Assembly (NCBI GenBank): GCA_038245905.1
Contig: JBBRRY010000001.1
Coordinates: forward strand, 32,001-96,000
Reading direction: 5' to 3'
DNA: 64,000 bases
Source of the DNA: Thermoanaerobaculia bacterium
GTDB lineage: Bacteria; Acidobacteriota; Thermoanaerobaculia; UBA5066
Under the pieces are notes generated by a model, which made no database searches, had not been told where the DNA came from, and was given only the letters and a program-made list of their open reading frames with translations. This document shows, piece by piece, positions 62,920-64,000 of this stretch. The position numbers and the translations under genes were made by a program. The first letter of the stretch is position 1; each line of letters opens with the position of its first letter.

Positions 62920-63624
62920 TCAGACGCCGAGGTAGGCCTCTTTTACGTGCTCGTCGTTCAGGAGATCTTTCCCCGTGCCCTCGAGCACGATGCGCCCGTT
63001 TTCGAGAACGTAGGCGCGGTCGGCGACCGCGAGCGTCTTGAAGACGTTCTGCTCGATAAGAAGCACCGTGACGCCGGCGTCGTGGACCTCCTGGATGACG
63101 CGGAAGATGTCCGTGACGAGGATCGGGGACAGGCCGAGAGAGGGCTCGTCGAGCATGAGCAGGCGCGGCTTCGACATGAGGCCGCGGGCGATCGCGCACA
63201 TCTGCTGCTCGCCGCCCGACATCGTGCCGGCCGCCTGCTTCTCGCGCTCCTTGAGGCGCGGGAAGATTCCGTAAACCTTTTCGAGCATCTCCGGGCGCGA
63301 CTTCTTCGCGCCCGGAGTGAGCGCGCCGAGGAGGAGGTTCTCCTTGACGGTCATCTCGGGAAACAGACGGCGCGCCTCCGGCACATGGGCAATCCCGAGC
63401 CCGACGAGGTCGTGTGGCGCGCGCGAGTGGAGGGGCTGGCCCTCGTAGGTCACGGAGCCTTTGCGAGGGGTCAGGATCGACGAGACCGTGTTCAGGCTCG
63501 TCGTCTTGCCGGAGCCGTTCGCGCCGATGAGAGCCACGATCTCGCCCTTCTGGACGTTGAAGCTCACGTCCCAGAGGACCTGGACGTCACCGTAAAAGAC
63601 ATCGACTCCCTTGACGTCAAGCAT
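62920..63624 (-). CDS. livF: branched-chain amino acid-type ABC transporter ATPase
   Basis: GANGSGKTT, MSGGEQQM, LDEPSLGLSP, IEQN, AYLG. Confidence 0.92.
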   Translation of the reverse strand: MLDVKGVDVFYGDVQVLWDVSFNVQKGEIVALIGANGSGKTTSLNTVSSILTPRKGSVTYEGQPLHSRAPHDLVGLGIAHVPEARRLFPEMTVKENLLLGALTPGAKKSRPEMLEKVYGIFPRLKEREKQAAGTMSGGEQQMCAIARGLMSKPRLLMLDEPSLGLSPILVTDIFRVIQEVHDAGVTVLLIEQNVFKTLAVADRAYVLENGRIVLEGTGKDLLNDEHVKEAYLGV

Positions 63625-64000
63625 GCGCGGCTCCCAGATACGCCTCGATCACGGCGGGGTCGTTCGCGACTTCCTGGGGCGTGCCCTGCGAGATCTTCTC
63701 GCCGTAGCACATGCAGAGGAGGCGCTGGGAGATCGACATGATGACGCGCATGTTGTGCTCGATGATGAGGATCGTGACGCCGCTTTCGTGGATCTTGCGG
63801 ACGATTGCGATCGTCTTCTCGACCTCGGCGGGGTTGAGTCCGGCGAAGTTCTCGTCGAGGAGAAGGATGTCGGGCTTCGTCGCGAGAGCGCGGGCCATCT
63901 CGAGGCGCTTGCGCATTCCGAGGGGAAGGCTTCCGGCCGTCCGGTCGCGCCAGGCCTCCATCTCCGTGAACGCCGTCGCCTCCATCGCCATCGCGCGCGC
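63617..64000 (-). CDS. livG: branched-chain amino acid-type ABC transporter ATPase (5' part outside window)
   Basis: KRLEMARALAT..LLDENFAGLN..IEHNM..AYLG. Confidence 0.88.
   Translation of the reverse strand, partial: ARAMAMEATAFTEMEAWRDRTAGSLPLGMRKRLEMARALATKPDILLLDENFAGLNPAEVEKTIAIVRKIHESGVTILIIEHNMRVIMSISQRLLCMCYGEKISQGTPQEVANDPAVIEAYLGAAHA

Noticed and set aside
1-64000. Search for tRNA/rRNA genes, transposases, integrases, prophage or known defence genes
   Set aside because: None recognised; intergenic gaps are short. The NYN and NUDIX genes look like ordinary housekeeping family members. A covariance-model scan would be needed to exclude small ncRNAs.

Overview
High-GC (roughly 68-70% by eye) bacterial chromosomal DNA from a diderm: it encodes an outer-membrane porin, an IPTL-CTERM protein and a cyclic beta-1,2-glucan synthase. 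The gene content is suggestive of Acidobacteriota/Thermoanaerobaculia, but that is inference only. I found about 55 densely packed CDS and saw no rRNA, tRNA, CRISPR array or transposase. Layout: (1) 0.2-8.6 kb is a stress/envelope island (DUF2959 lipoprotein, class D sortase plus LPATA substrate, BON, CsbD, His/Met-rich protein, ferritin-like protein) with five sigma-54 -24/-12 promoters and a putative hybrid kinase -> ChpT-like phosphotransferase -> NtrC-type activator relay. (2) 9-33 kb holds a secreted glutamate-racemase-like enzyme, an 8.2-kb cyclic glucan synthase, a TMTC-like TPR glycosyltransferase, an ABC transporter, queD-surE-pcm-acyP, an EAL protein, ygfZ, NYN and NUDIX genes. (3) 33.2-39.8 kb is an atypical five-gene signalling operon: a TPR-sensor kinase, two receiver domains sharing an unusual insertion, and a divergent sigma-54 activator. 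(4) 39.8-48.7 kb has an archaeal-type GAPDH homologue and housekeeping genes. (5) 48.7-64 kb has tandem Liv-type ABC importers with a MatB-like CoA ligase, a porin and an MFS transporter. The most striking unexplained signal is a dispersed AT/purine-rich motif (core GAAGATTTCTTWGAAGG, flanked by GA-rich tracts). It occurs about 18 times (by eye) in 7 clusters between 30.4 and 62.9 kb, mostly inside unrelated genes and in different frames and strands. In every cluster the + copies lie left of the - copies, and some copies create low-complexity peptide insertions.
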